From: an uncultured Methanosarcinaceae archaeon
GTDB lineage: Archaea > Halobacteriota > Methanosarcinia > Methanosarcinales > Methanosarcinaceae
Assembly: GCA_963733675.1 (NCBI GenBank)
Contig: CAVTET010000001.1
Coordinates: 1,056,001 to 1,120,000, forward strand
Length of the DNA stretch: 64,000 bases
Direction: 5' to 3'
Under the pieces are notes generated by a model, which was not told the DNA's origin, searched no databases, and worked only from the letters and a program-made list of their open reading frames with translations. This document shows positions 21,585 to 34,006 of the stretch, in pieces. The first letter of the stretch is position 1. Each line of letters begins with the position of its first letter. Position numbers and translations under genes: made by a program.

Positions 21585-22565
21585 TTATTCTTTGCAAGTT
21601 TCTTCTTTTTCATTCTTATTAAGGATCACTCTTGTCTTTTCCATATCTTCTTTTGAATTGATTTTTATGAGTTTTCTCCGCTCTTCACTCATCTGTGACA
21701 TATCTTGTGAAAGTAGTCCAAAAGCATCAGCTCTACACTGCCTGCAGTGTCGCATCTGCATGACATAAGGTTCACAATCTTCTTGGACAGCCTTTCTCTC
21801 TTCTGCTGTAGGTGGCTCAATGTCTGCAAAAGCTCCCTGATTGATAAGAGGCATTACATTCATAATGTAAATTCCGAGTTCATTGAGTTTTCTGGCGATC
21901 TCAACGACATGCTTATCATTTATACCAGGAATAAGCACGGTATTAACTTTGACAACTAAACCTGCATCAACAGCTTCTTTGATACCCTGTAGTTGATTCT
22001 TAATATGAATTTCTGCGGCTTTGGTTCCCCTGTACACTTCCCCATGATAGATAATATGATCAACTATTTTTGCATGAATCTCTGGATCAATTGAGTTTAA
22101 TGTAACTGTCAATGTAGAAACTCCCAAGCGTAGTAAATCCTGTAGCTTTTCGGGAAGCAATAGTCCGTTTGTGCTCATACAGAGGGTTATTTCTGGAAAT
22201 TCTTTTTTTATCAGCTCAAAGGTCTCGAAGGTTTCATCATTAGCCAGAGGATCACCTGGACCTGCAATCCCAACGACCTTGATGAAAGGATAGTCTGCTA
22301 GGATCTGTTTTGTTTTCTGAAGAGCTTCTCGTGGAGTTAGGACTTTACTTGTAACTCCTGGACGGCTCTCATTTACACAGTCAAATTCCCGAATGCAAAA
22401 ATTACACTGGATATTGCATTTTGGAGCCACAGCCAGGTGAATTCTCCCGTATTTATGCTGGGCTCTCTTGTCATAACAAGGGTGCTTTGCGATCTTTCTC
22501 AGGAGTTCCTCTTCATATTTTGGCCCGGTATCGGTCTCATTCATAGGATTGTCTTCTTCTGGCAA
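21585..22565 (-). CDS. nifB: Radical SAM nitrogenase cofactor biosynthesis protein NifB (short archaeal form)
   Basis: HPCY, RIHLAVAPKCNIQCNFC, ESRPGV, AGPGDPLAN, CRQCRADA. Confidence 0.92.
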   Translation of the reverse strand: MPEEDNPMNETDTGPKYEEELLRKIAKHPCYDKRAQHKYGRIHLAVAPKCNIQCNFCIREFDCVNESRPGVTSKVLTPREALQKTKQILADYPFIKVVGIAGPGDPLANDETFETFELIKKEFPEITLCMSTNGLLLPEKLQDLLRLGVSTLTVTLNSIDPEIHAKIVDHIIYHGEVYRGTKAAEIHIKNQLQGIKEAVDAGLVVKVNTVLIPGINDKHVVEIARKLNELGIYIMNVMPLINQGAFADIEPPTAEERKAVQEDCEPYVMQMRHCRQCRADAFGLLSQDMSQMSEERRKLIKINSKEDMEKTRVILNKNEKEETCKE

Positions 22566-22999
22566 ATGTGTTCGCCTCCGTTAGGAGTTTAAAAATCGGC
22601 AGGATCCTCAAGTATAGAGAATACTGAAACATCTAAAGCAAACTATGTTACAGCACCTTGATATACATTGTGGAATTTTTAGAATCCCAAATTGAAATTT
22701 AAGACCAAATTAGACAAAATCATAAATTTCACTATGCATAAATAAGCTTTGTGCTTCTGCTTTCTTCATAAGATTCAAAATTATCTTTATATTTTTTGGC
22801 TTGGGGTTTCCCTCTAAATACATCCTGTCTATAAATGTATATAATGCGTTTTTTGTAATAATAATACTTACATTATTTCAATAAATATCCGATTCACACG
22901 ATTCATTTATACACCACTTATAAGCAGATGAAAGCAGATGACGAAATTGGAGGTTTCTCGAAACCCTCTGTAGTTTATCGCAGGTCACTTGATCAATAA

Positions 23000-23680
23000 T
23001 ATTTAAAACCATTAGACTTTTGGGAGCTGGTTGTCAACATTTATTTTTTAGGAGCCATTATCTATTTGAATTGGTGACAGCAAGTCGGTTTGAAAGGTCA
23101 AGTAATAGGCGGATTGAGATATGTTTAGGATCTAAATTTGGGGATTTGCGTTTGTCATAGCTACTTACCCTACTGTTCTCTCTTCTGGCCAGTATTTTTT
23201 TCGATTCTCAAGCCTGCCAACAACCTAGAGAGTTCTTATGCTTGTAACCATCAATATTTGATGATAGGAGTAGTGAGGAGTTTATGTTTCGAGGAATATT
23301 GTTCCATGGGGCTCATCGTCATTCAAGATCTTACTTGTAGTTTGAAGCACATTGATTATTTTCGGTGCTTGCAATACATTAAACGGCTTTATTTTGGAAC
23401 TTTAGTGTGAGCATAGTTCAGATTTTTTTTCATTTATATTTGGTATATATATGTTAGCTTTGAGAATCCACCTCAGCACAATTATTCAGAGGATCATTAT
23501 TTATTTGGTGTGGGATTTTTTTGATATCTGTCCCAATTACTTTGTGTAGGTGACATTAATTCTTTTTCATCTGCTGATTTTCTATTATGCTGCTGGTTAT
23601 TGCGAAACTATTTTCCCATCCAGATGTTAACATGATATAGCAAAGTCGACTTTTGGGTGAGTTAGTGTTAAATTGAATGA
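23000..23680 (+). pseudogene. Degraded CPBP (CAAX protease-like) intramembrane metalloprotease
   Basis: EEFMFRGILFHG readable at ~23275-23310 among hydrophobic fragments with many stops; limits approximate. Confidence 0.5.
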
Positions 23681-24121
23681 GTTGGAGAACGCATCAAAGT
23701 GCTAAGCTTTAGTGTATCCAAAGATCATCTTTTCAATAAAAGTCGAAGTCGATTAATATCGGAATCAATTCTCTTCACTTGAACCATACTACTCTCATTT
23801 ACATCCAAGCTTTGTTGATTATTCATCCTTTTCAGGGATAAAGATATCAACTTGTTGGCTTTTGCTATCAAAATTATTTTAATAAAATCTATGATTTTTC
23901 TTAAAATTTAGGTGAAAAAGATGCATAATTTCTGCTTTAGAACTCTACAATATTGACTTTTCTGGAGACGATTATAATAAATGGAATTAAGATGTATGGA
24001 TAAAGTTTTTTTATTATGAGCCATTGAGGAAAGATTGAGAAGAATAAATTAGTCGTTCGGTCCTACTGATGCCGACATATGAAACCTATGTATCTAAAAT
24101 TATTATTCCTGATCTTTCCAT

Positions 24122-24724
24122 TTATAAATTCCAGCGTTTATCTATTGGGAAATGTTCGTTGATCCACATAAAGGTACAGCTGTTGTGAATTATCTTGTAG
24201 GAACGGGAGAGCACAGGTATATCGTTGAAAGTAGATGCACTTTCTAGAATCTCGAGTTCGCTCATGTCACGTCTTATCTCGAGATTGTGGCTGCGCAGAA
24301 TCCGGCCTATAGGGATGTCCGCACGCATGAGCTGTTCTCGAATGGTTTCAGGCATGCGTTCGAGAGGCGAGAGTGACCTTGCGTGCACAAAAACCGTATC
24401 CCCTGTAGAGAGCGTTACTACTCTGTTATTCACCTCACTGCCTTCTTTTATTTCCAGAAGGTCAGCGGTCTCAATATCGGCTTTTACAGTGTATTGTGAT
24501 TCGGTTGTTACAATTACTGGCTTTCTGGTCATTATCTCCAGGAGAGTCGTCAATGAACCATCAGTCCCACAGCAAACGCGAAGACAGGTGGGTATTTCTA
24601 GGTTATTTAATTTTTCCAAAAAATATGTGGCCAAAAAATACCTCCGAATAAGGCCTCTCAAAGTTAGGATATTATTGAGATGAGAATAGGCATCAGGATT
24701 TTTAGTCTCCATCTTTAGCTGCAT
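24122..24724 (-). CDS. Chorismate pyruvate-lyase-like (DUF98) protein
   Basis: LRVCCGTDGSLTTLLE, ADIPIGRIL, SRSYKII, INEHFP; true start uncertain. Confidence 0.8.
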   Translation of the reverse strand: MQLKMETKNPDAYSHLNNILTLRGLIRRYFLATYFLEKLNNLEIPTCLRVCCGTDGSLTTLLEIMTRKPVIVTTESQYTVKADIETADLLEIKEGSEVNNRVVTLSTGDTVFVHARSLSPLERMPETIREQLMRADIPIGRILRSHNLEIRRDMSELEILESASTFNDIPVLSRSYKIIHNSCTFMWINEHFPIDKRWNL

Positions 24725-25010
24725 TTTTCATACGCTCTTTTGTCGTGTATCCAGTAGCTTTGTATAAAAACTCCCGGAAGTCCTTATTTGTCTGCAAGAT
24801 TATTTCATCACCTGACATGGTTTTGTCGGAAACAGTGTCAACACATAGCATTTTATTAGATATCCACACTTTTATCTTTGACATAGCTCCGTAGGCTGTC
24901 TCTAGATATATTCCGTTTCTGAAGATTTCCCCGGGAAAGCATTCCTCCATTACCGAGTAGATCCTTTCAATGTCAGGCTTAAAACCGCGTTTTATTTTAT
25001 ACTGTTTCAT
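24702..25010 (-). CDS. Conserved archaeal protein (DUF5611-like)
   Basis: MKQYKIKRGFKPD...FREFLYKATGYTTKER. Confidence 0.7.
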   Translation of the reverse strand: MKQYKIKRGFKPDIERIYSVMEECFPGEIFRNGIYLETAYGAMSKIKVWISNKMLCVDTVSDKTMSGDEIILQTNKDFREFLYKATGYTTKERMKNAAKDGD

Positions 25011-25512
25011 TGTTACCCTCTTATAAAAGATCTTCAGCTCAAATGAAATTTGCTTAAGGTTGGTTTGTTATAATTAATTTCCTGACCTTTACATTTGGGT
25101 TGAACAGGAAAAATTCATACCTCATTTCTACAAGTGGTTTCCGTTTCTAATATTCAGTTCTGCGTGTATTAACATTAGCTAGTAATTTTAATATATATAG
25201 GATTTGTGCGGTTGAAACATTTTTCTGCAAATCTAAATAAAATTTTTTCATAATATAATATACAATAATATAATATATATATCTCTAACCTTTCTACTTG
25301 ACGAAATAAATTCACCGAAATGTACTTAACTTGATAACATCAACTTTCTCTTTGCTTCTTCCAGAGTGTTTGCATAGCTTAGTGTTATTTATCTTCATTA
25401 TTTCCAAAACAGGCTAATTCGATTTTTTCCCCACCTTAATTTTAAATGGAGATATTCTAGTCGCTCTATAAGCTCTTAAATTGGACTTTTAACTTGAAAA
25501 TTCATTTTTTCA

Positions 25513-26440
25513 CTAATTCTTATAAATGTTACTTTCGTACTGGGCAAAATTGCGAGAATGTGACAGGGCTTCAAAGCCGGAGAAAACTTCAAATAACTCC
25601 TCATCGATGCTATTTTGTCGTAAACGGTATTATTTTCCATTGAGGTCTTCTAACATCTCCTCTATGTTTCTGTCGGCATGCTGCATTGTTGCCAAGCGGC
25701 TCGCATTCTCACTTGCAAGCGACTAGGCGCACGCTCTGAAGAGCGAGACGAATAAATATTCGCGAATGAACGCTCTCAAAGTTGATGTGCTCTCATCAAT
25801 TATTTCGGGTAGATTTTTAGTTGGCCAAGGTAGTTCAGCCAATTCTTGACTCAGAATTTTATCAAGTGGTAACAATAGTTGACTAGTCGGTTTATATAAA
25901 GTCCTTGATTTATGAAGATTATAGAATATATGGATCTCGGAAACTTTACCCTGGCTATGGCTGGTCTCGATCTTCACTAGAATCTGCTCAACTAGTGGGG
26001 TAATGGCCTTGATATAATTCGGTACTGTATAAAGTTCCATGGTCTGCAGGTTAGTATCTTCCAAACGTACATAAACGCGCTCACCGACAACTAAAATCTG
26101 AGCTTTGCCTGGCAAAGCTGACAATATTTTGACAGCATAATCAGCTATCATGTCATTAAATTGGTCCACCAGTCCCTGATCTGAACCAAATACAACCGCA
26201 CTGATCACAATAGCTTTTTTCTGCCTCTTTAGTCCTGAATAAAAAAATATCTGGTGTACTATCCTTAAAAAATGCGCTCAACCCAAGCTCCACGGTGCGA
26301 TAGTAATCATCCAACGAGCTCACTGCTTTCTCGTATTGACCTATATTCGAGGCTGCCAAGGCTTTCATTGTGCGAACTACGGATTGAAGATCTCCTGCTC
26401 GATTTATATTTCGGCGCAGACTCTCCATGGTGCCGCTCAT
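25513..26440 (-). pseudogene. atpG: Second, divergent N-ATPase gamma subunit (frameshift, TAG and TAA)
   Basis: DLQSVVRTMKALAA, AVVFGSDQGL, RACA*SLASENASRL, IDEELFEV; frameshift near 26215-26250; stops at 25723 and 25630. Confidence 0.9.
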
Positions 26441-26532
26441 TCATCCTCCTTATTTTGAGGTTTTGTACTCGACCTCGGTTGTAGCTTCCTACTTGTTTTT
26501 ACTTCAGTTTTCGATTTCGGTTTGAATTTGAA

Positions 26533-27300
26533 TTAGGAAGTATGCTGGAAGATTGCTAATGCTTTATGGGCGATTTCGAGGATGATTTCACGATCCTTGT
26601 CGCTCAATTCTTCATTGGTATCGAAAAACTTGTGTACCTCTGCATAGACAGCCTGTACCGCCTCTAGTAGAGAACAGTCGGCATCCTTCATCCGGTCAAG
26701 TGGCATGTTATCAAAGAGTTTAGCGTTCAAAGCAAGTAGAATGAAGATTTGTTCAGGCATGGGTACAGGAAAGTTTTCAGGCTGCTTAAGAAGGGCACGG
26801 ATCTGTCGTCCATGATCGATAACTTTGCGGGTGTTTTCGTCTAGCTTTGCGCCAAATCGAGTAAACGCTTCGAGTTCTTCAAATTGTGAATAGGCAAGCT
26901 TGATGTCTCCAGCCAGTGCTCTATAGGCAACAAGCTGCGCTTTACCGCCTACACGAGATACGGATTTACCGACATCAACTGCTGGTAGCACACCCAATTC
27001 AAAAAGCGAAGGTGAGAGGTAAATCTGTCCGTCAGTAATGGAAATCAGATTAGTTGGAATATAGGCGGAAATATTCTGCGCTTCGGTTTCGATAATGGGA
27101 AGGGCAGTCATCGAGCCCCCACCAAGCTCTTTTAGTAGGTGTGTAGAGCGCTCCAGTAAACGAGAGTGAATATAAAAAATATCCCCAGGATATGCTTCAC
27201 GTCCTGGAGGACGGCGAAGTAAGAGAGATAGTTCACGATAGGCACGTGCGTGATTGGTTAGGTCGTCGTAAACAATCAACACGTCTCGGCCAGCTTCCAT
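26533..27300 (-). pseudogene. atpA: 3' half of an N-ATPase alpha subunit (alternative C-terminus)
   Basis: Open frame starting at an internal Met; first 482 nt identical to 33061-33542, then divergent; lacks the N-terminal barrel and P-loop. Confidence 0.9.
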
Positions 27301-27302
27301 AA
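26819..27302. repeat. 484-bp perfect inverted repeat, left copy (partner 33059-33542)
   Basis: Line-by-line reverse-complement comparison showed no mismatch. Confidence 0.95.
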
Positions 27303-27483
27303 TTTTTAATAAAAAGATATTAATATAAGATAATTGTCTAATGTTAAAATATTTTATGGAAAAATAATTTTTATTCAGAACTGATTTTTTGTGTAATTAA
27401 TTTAAAATAAATAGAAGGGTAAGTGTAAGCAAAAATATAATCAAGCTGAAATAAGCAATCCAACTTGAATGATTCCTTAATCA

Positions 27484-27632
27484 GGTTCCGTTGCAAAAAA
27501 TCTGGCTATTTTACAAAACAAGTGAAAAACATTACAAATAGGATATTTATACGCCATAAACAGGTTACTAATGACACAAAAAGCAATAGTTATATCCTAA
27601 AAAGGCAGTAAAATTATTTTTGCAACGGAACC
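27484..27632. mobile_element. 149-bp MITE with IS6 terminal inverted repeats
   Basis: GGTTCCGTTGCAAAAA ... TTTTTGCAACGGAACC with a non-coding interior unlike the IS6 body. Confidence 0.9.
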
Positions 27633-27729
27633 ACATTTCCTACTCATTGTGATTCTTGTGATATCAAATTAATTTGAATTCCCATAAAACCGTTTAGTTC
27701 TCAGATTTTATTTCGGTTCCTTATAATGA

Positions 27730-29557
<1,828 letters not shown>

Positions 29558-29565
<8 letters not shown>

Positions 29566-29896
29566 CAGACCAACAGAGAGACCATTGAGTGACGAGTCAC
29601 CTTTGGCCCGTCAGGTTGGAACAAAAGTTGAACGCAAACTAAGGGCACAGCGACATAAAGACAGGACTGTCTGGTTTGGTCTAGGTATGATAGGGCTCAT
29701 AGGCTGGTCGGTGGCAGTTCCAACACTACTTGGTGCTGCACTTGGGCTCTGGTTAGATGAGCACCATCCAGCAAGCTTTTCCTGGACACTCACGATGCTT
29801 ATTATTGGCCTGTTTATTGGTTGCTTAAATGCATGGCATTGGGTGGCTAAGGAGCGGAAGGAAATGCAAGAGGAACTGGAGGATTACAATGGATGA
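29558..29896 (+). CDS. N-ATPase AtpQ (AtpZ/gene 1-like) membrane protein
   Basis: WFGLGMIGLIGWSVAVPTLLGAALGLWLD; position in the atpDCQRBEFAG order. Confidence 0.88.
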
Positions 29897-30203
29897 AATT
29901 TTGAATCTTATCTTGGCTCTGATAACTGGCTTTCTGCTCGGAGCTGTTTTCTTCGGTGGCCTCTGGTGGACGGTCCAGAAGGGATTTTCATCCAAAAGAC
30001 CTGCGTTTTGGTTCCTCGGCAGCCTGTTGATACGGACTAGCACTGCTATAGCTGGATTCTACTTTACCTCGGACGGCCATTTGAAGAGGCTGCTAATGTG
30101 CCTGTTTGGATTTTTTGTTATGCGGCATATAATAGTTAGGCTCACCAGACTACCGGATAAAGATCCGAATCAGCTGACAAAGGAAGCCAGTAATGCGACT
30201 TAG
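29889..30203 (+). CDS. N-ATPase AtpR subunit
   Basis: GAVFFGGLWWTV...SLLIR...MRH; position in the operon. Confidence 0.85.
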   Translation: MDEILNLILALITGFLLGAVFFGGLWWTVQKGFSSKRPAFWFLGSLLIRTSTAIAGFYFTSDGHLKRLLMCLFGFFVMRHIIVRLTRLPDKDPNQLTKEASNAT

Positions 30204-30903
30204 TCCTGATGAGCTGGTTTTCTGGCAGTATGGAATTATCAAACTCAATGCCACGATTGTATACACCTGGGGGCTGATGCTGGTAATGGTAATTGGTTCC
30301 AAAATAATTACCAGCAAACTCTCCATAGGTCTAGAACATTCCCGTTGGCAAAATATTTTGGAAATTATTGTCACAGGCATCCTGGAACAAATTGAGGACG
30401 TTGGTTTGGATCGGCCGAAAAAATATATAGGGTTTTTGGGCACTTTATTCCTATTCATTGCCGTAGCCAATCTTTGTATCATTTTCCCAGGCTATGAACC
30501 ACCAACTGGGTCTCTTTCTACCACAGCTGCATTGGCGTTGTGTGTATTTGTAGCCGCACCTTTTTACGGGATTGCAAAGCAAGGGGTGGTTAACTACCTT
30601 AAAACGTATACAGAGCCGACAATTATCATGCTGCCGTTTAATATAATCAGTGAATTCTCTCGTACTCTGGCTCTGGCAATTCGTCTGTTTGGTAATATGA
30701 TGAGCGGGTCTATGATAGTGGCCATTCTGCTGGCCATTATACCTGTCATCTTTCCAGTTGTCATGACTGCTCTAGGTCTGCTTATTGGTATGGTGCAAGC
30801 CTACATCTTCGGTGTTCTGGCTGTCGTTTATATCGTAGCTAGCACACGCCGCACTCATAAGTCCAGACCTGAACAGGAGCAAAAGAATGCTAAACAGGGG
30901 TAG
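30193..30903 (+). CDS. atpB: N-ATPase subunit a
   Basis: PPTGSLSTT, SRTLALAIRLFGNM with the essential Arg, VQAYIF. Confidence 0.95.
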   Translation: MRLSPDELVFWQYGIIKLNATIVYTWGLMLVMVIGSKIITSKLSIGLEHSRWQNILEIIVTGILEQIEDVGLDRPKKYIGFLGTLFLFIAVANLCIIFPGYEPPTGSLSTTAALALCVFVAAPFYGIAKQGVVNYLKTYTEPTIIMLPFNIISEFSRTLALAIRLFGNMMSGSMIVAILLAIIPVIFPVVMTALGLLIGMVQAYIFGVLAVVYIVASTRRTHKSRPEQEQKNAKQG

Positions 30904-30940
30904 GTATAATTGAAACAATATAATAACAGAAGGTGAAACT

Positions 30941-31216
30941 ATTCTGCTAGATACTTATTCGACTACTATTGCTGTGGCATCAATCGTCACCTCAGGCATC
31001 TCTATTGGAATTGGAGTTCTCGGACCAGGACTTGGTGAAGGGTATTCGGTCGCAAATGCGCTTAATTCAATGGCACAGCAGCCAGATTCTGCTGCAACAA
31101 TAACCCGCACCCTGTTCGTGGGATTGGCTATGATCGAGTCTCTAGCTATTTATTGTTTCGTAGTCTCTATGATTCTCATATTCGCTAATCCGTTCTGGAG
31201 CCGTGCAATTTCTTAA
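30941..31216 (+). CDS. atpE: N-ATPase subunit c; start codon position reads ATT
   Basis: GPGLGEG, AQQPD, MIESLAIY; RBS AGGTGA at 30931 followed by in-frame ATT CTG CTA GAT ACT TAT; next canonical start is GTG at 30974. Confidence 0.9.
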   Translation: MLLDTYSTTIAVASIVTSGISIGIGVLGPGLGEGYSVANALNSMAQQPDSAATITRTLFVGLAMIESLAIYCFVVSMILIFANPFWSRAIS

Positions 31217-31235
31217 AATAAAGAGGAAAATAATT

Positions 31236-32285
31236 ATGCTGCTGATAGATTGGTTCACCGTCATTGCGCAGGTGATCAACTTCTTCATCCTGGTGTGGTT
31301 ATTAAAGCACTTCCTTTATAAACCTATAATTAACGCCATCGATGCGCGTGAGAAGAGGATAGCAGATGAACTTGCCAATGCCAAATCAAAAGAGGAAGAA
31401 GCAGAAAAAGAGAAAGAAGGATTCAAGCGCAAGAATGAAGAGTTCGATCAGCAGCGCAATTATCTCTTGAACAAAGCAAAGGAAGAAGCAAAAGCAGAAC
31501 GTCAGCAGCTTTTAGAAGAGGTACGTAAGGAAGCCTCCGAATTGAAAGCAAAACAGCAAGAGGCATTGAAGAATGAAGAACATAATTTAAGTAAGGAAAT
31601 TGCCCAGCGAACTCAACAGGAAGTCTTTAGTATAGCGCGAAAAGTATTGCACGACCTGGCTGGAATCAGTTTGGAAGAGCGTACGGTTGATGTGTTTTCT
31701 CAAAGGCTACACAATCTGAAAGACGAGGAAAAGAAGCAGTTATCCTCAGCCCTAAGTGCGTCACCTAATCAGGCACTCGTGCGTACCGCATTCGATCTTC
31801 CACAAGCACAGCAGGATCTGATAAAAAAGACGATTAAAGAAACTCTTGGTATCGAAATTCAACCCAAATTCGAGACTGTGCCAGAACTTGTCAGTGGTAT
31901 CGAATTAATCACGGACGGACAAAAAGTGGCGTGGAGTATTGCAAATTATCTAACATCACTGCAAAAGAGTATCAGTGAACTGACGAACGAGCAGCCTAAG
32001 GGTAAGGCCAAAAGCGAGCCTCAAACCAAAGCGAATGAACCCAAATCGGAAAAAGAGCCCGAAGCTAAACAAGAACCTGAAGCTGAGGCTAATAAACCAA
32101 AGAAAACTGAATCAGGAGTCAAAACCAAGCCTGAAATTGATTATAATAAGCCCAAATCGAGAAAAGAGCCAGAGGCTGAACAAGAACCAGATATGAAAGA
32201 AGAATCTGAGGCTAAACAAAAATCAGAGACTAAATCCGAATCTGTAACCAAGAAGGAGACAAAATTAAAACCTAAGCCCACATAA
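31236..32285 (+). CDS. atpF: N-ATPase subunit b (with delta-like region) and a long Lys/Glu/Pro tail
   Basis: MLLIDWFTVIAQVINFFILVWLLKHFLYKPI; GIELITDGQKVAWSI; ~100-aa repetitive tail. Confidence 0.92.
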   Translation: MLLIDWFTVIAQVINFFILVWLLKHFLYKPIINAIDAREKRIADELANAKSKEEEAEKEKEGFKRKNEEFDQQRNYLLNKAKEEAKAERQQLLEEVRKEASELKAKQQEALKNEEHNLSKEIAQRTQQEVFSIARKVLHDLAGISLEERTVDVFSQRLHNLKDEEKKQLSSALSASPNQALVRTAFDLPQAQQDLIKKTIKETLGIEIQPKFETVPELVSGIELITDGQKVAWSIANYLTSLQKSISELTNEQPKGKAKSEPQTKANEPKSEKEPEAKQEPEAEANKPKKTESGVKTKPEIDYNKPKSRKEPEAEQEPDMKEESEAKQKSETKSESVTKKETKLKPKPT

Positions 32286-32298
32286 AGAGTAAACGAGC

Positions 32299-33927
32299 AT
32301 GAAACCTAAAAGTCTTAAAGACGTTTTCGATAATGTTTTCAACGAAATAGACAAGGCCAGAGAATCAATAACCCCTAAGCTCACTCTACAGGAAGTAGGC
32401 AGTATTTTAACAGTCTCTACAGGCATCTCAAATGTCTCCGGCCTTCCTACTGTAGGTTTCGACGAACTTATTAAGTTTCCAGGGAATTTGTTTGGGATCG
32501 CTTTTAACGTTGATGAAAAAGAAATCGGTACCGTTTTACTGGGTGAGTACTCACATCTGCATGCGGGAGATCAAGTTGAACGTACTCAACGAGTTCTGGA
32601 TGTTGCTGTAGGCGAAGAATTGATTGGACGAGTTATTGATCCGCTAGGTCGTCCACTTGATGACAAAGGACCAATAATTTTCAGTAAGCGCCTGCCTATC
32701 GAGCGACCCAGTCCAGCAATTATGGATCGTGCTCCTGTCAGCGTACCTCTTCAGGCTGGTATCAAAGTTATTGACGCCTTAATTCCTATAGGGCGTGGTC
32801 AGAGAGAGTTGATTATGGGTGACCGCCAGACTGGAAAAACTGCAATCGCAATCGATACTATCCTCAATCAGCGCAATTTTAACGTCCTGTGCGTTTATTG
32901 TGCCATTGGTCAGCGTACGTCCGCAGTGGCCAGAGTCGTGGCAAACTTACGGGAAAGGGGTGCAATGGATTACACGATTGTTGTTGTAACTGAAGGCAAT
33001 GACTCATCCGGGCTAATCTATATCGCTCCTTATGCAGCGACCAGCATTGCAGAGTATTTTATGGAAGCTGGCCGAGACGTGTTGATTGTTTACGACGACC
33101 TAACCAATCACGCACGTGCCTATCGTGAACTATCTCTCTTACTTCGCCGTCCTCCAGGACGTGAAGCATATCCTGGGGATATTTTTTATATTCACTCTCG
33201 TTTACTGGAGCGCTCTACACACCTACTAAAAGAGCTTGGTGGGGGCTCGATGACTGCCCTTCCCATTATCGAAACCGAAGCGCAGAATATTTCCGCCTAT
33301 ATTCCAACTAATCTGATTTCCATTACTGACGGACAGATTTACCTCTCACCTTCGCTTTTTGAATTGGGTGTGCTACCAGCAGTTGATGTCGGTAAATCCG
33401 TATCTCGTGTAGGCGGTAAAGCGCAGCTTGTTGCCTATAGAGCACTGGCTGGAGACATCAAGCTTGCCTATTCACAATTTGAAGAACTCGAAGCGTTTAC
33501 TCGATTTGGCGCAAAGCTAGACGAAAACACCCGCAAAGTTATTGATCATGGACGGCGGATCCGTGCCCTCCTTAAGCAGCCTGAAAACTTTCCTGTGTCT
33601 GTGCCAGACCAAATTGTAATCCTGCTCTCATTGAATGCAAAAATTTTCGACAGTGTGCCGCTTGACAAGATGACAGAAGCTGAAGCCTCCCTCCGCAAGG
33701 CGGTAGAAGATATCCCAGCAGAGTTGTGCGACCGATTCAGTGCCGACAAAGAATTGAGCGACAAGGACCGCGAAATTATTCTCAATATCGCTCGCAAAGC
33801 ACTGGCACCCTACCAGCCACAGTTTAAACCTGAGTCTAAGCCGAAAGCTAAAACGGAGGAAAAAATTGAGTCCGAAACCCAAACTAAGGGTAAGCCTAAG
33901 CAAGAACTTAGGAAAAAACTGAGTTAG
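32299..33927 (+). CDS. atpA: N-ATPase alpha subunit
   Basis: [41 protein letters not shown]. Confidence 0.97.
   Translation: MKPKSLKDVFDNVFNEIDKARESITPKLTLQEVGSILTVSTGISNVSGLPTVGFDELIKFPGNLFGIAFNVDEKEIGTVLLGEYSHLHAGDQVERTQRVLDVAVGEELIGRVIDPLGRPLDDKGPIIFSKRLPIERPSPAIMDRAPVSVPLQAGIKVIDALIPIGRGQRELIMGDRQTGKTAIAIDTILNQRNFNVLCVYCAIGQRTSAVARVVANLRERGAMDYTIVVVTEGNDSSGLIYIAPYAATSIAEYFMEAGRDVLIVYDDLTNHARAYRELSLLLRRPPGREAYPGDIFYIHSRLLERSTHLLKELGGGSMTALPIIETEAQNISAYIPTNLISITDGQIYLSPSLFELGVLPAVDVGKSVSRVGGKAQLVAYRALAGDIKLAYSQFEELEAFTRFGAKLDENTRKVIDHGRRIRALLKQPENFPVSVPDQIVILLSLNAKIFDSVPLDKMTEAEASLRKAVEDIPAELCDRFSADKELSDKDREIILNIARKALAPYQPQFKPESKPKAKTEEKIESETQTKGKPKQELRKKLS
33059..33542. repeat. 484-bp perfect inverted repeat, right copy (inside atpA)
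   Basis: Exact reverse complement of 26819-27302. Confidence 0.95.
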
Positions 33928-34006
33928 GAGTCCACACTGAAGAAAAATTAAGTAATTCATAAGTCCAAACTAAAGGCAAGTCCGAACTGGAAGCTAAGGA
34001 GAAATC

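Noticed and set aside
21585-22565. nifB without neighbouring nif genes as a novelty
   Set aside because: A stand-alone short nifB outside the nif operon is normal in methanogens.
25723-25725. Pyrrolysine read-through rescuing the second atpG
   Set aside because: The gene also has a frameshift and a downstream TAA (25630-25632), so amber suppression alone cannot restore it.
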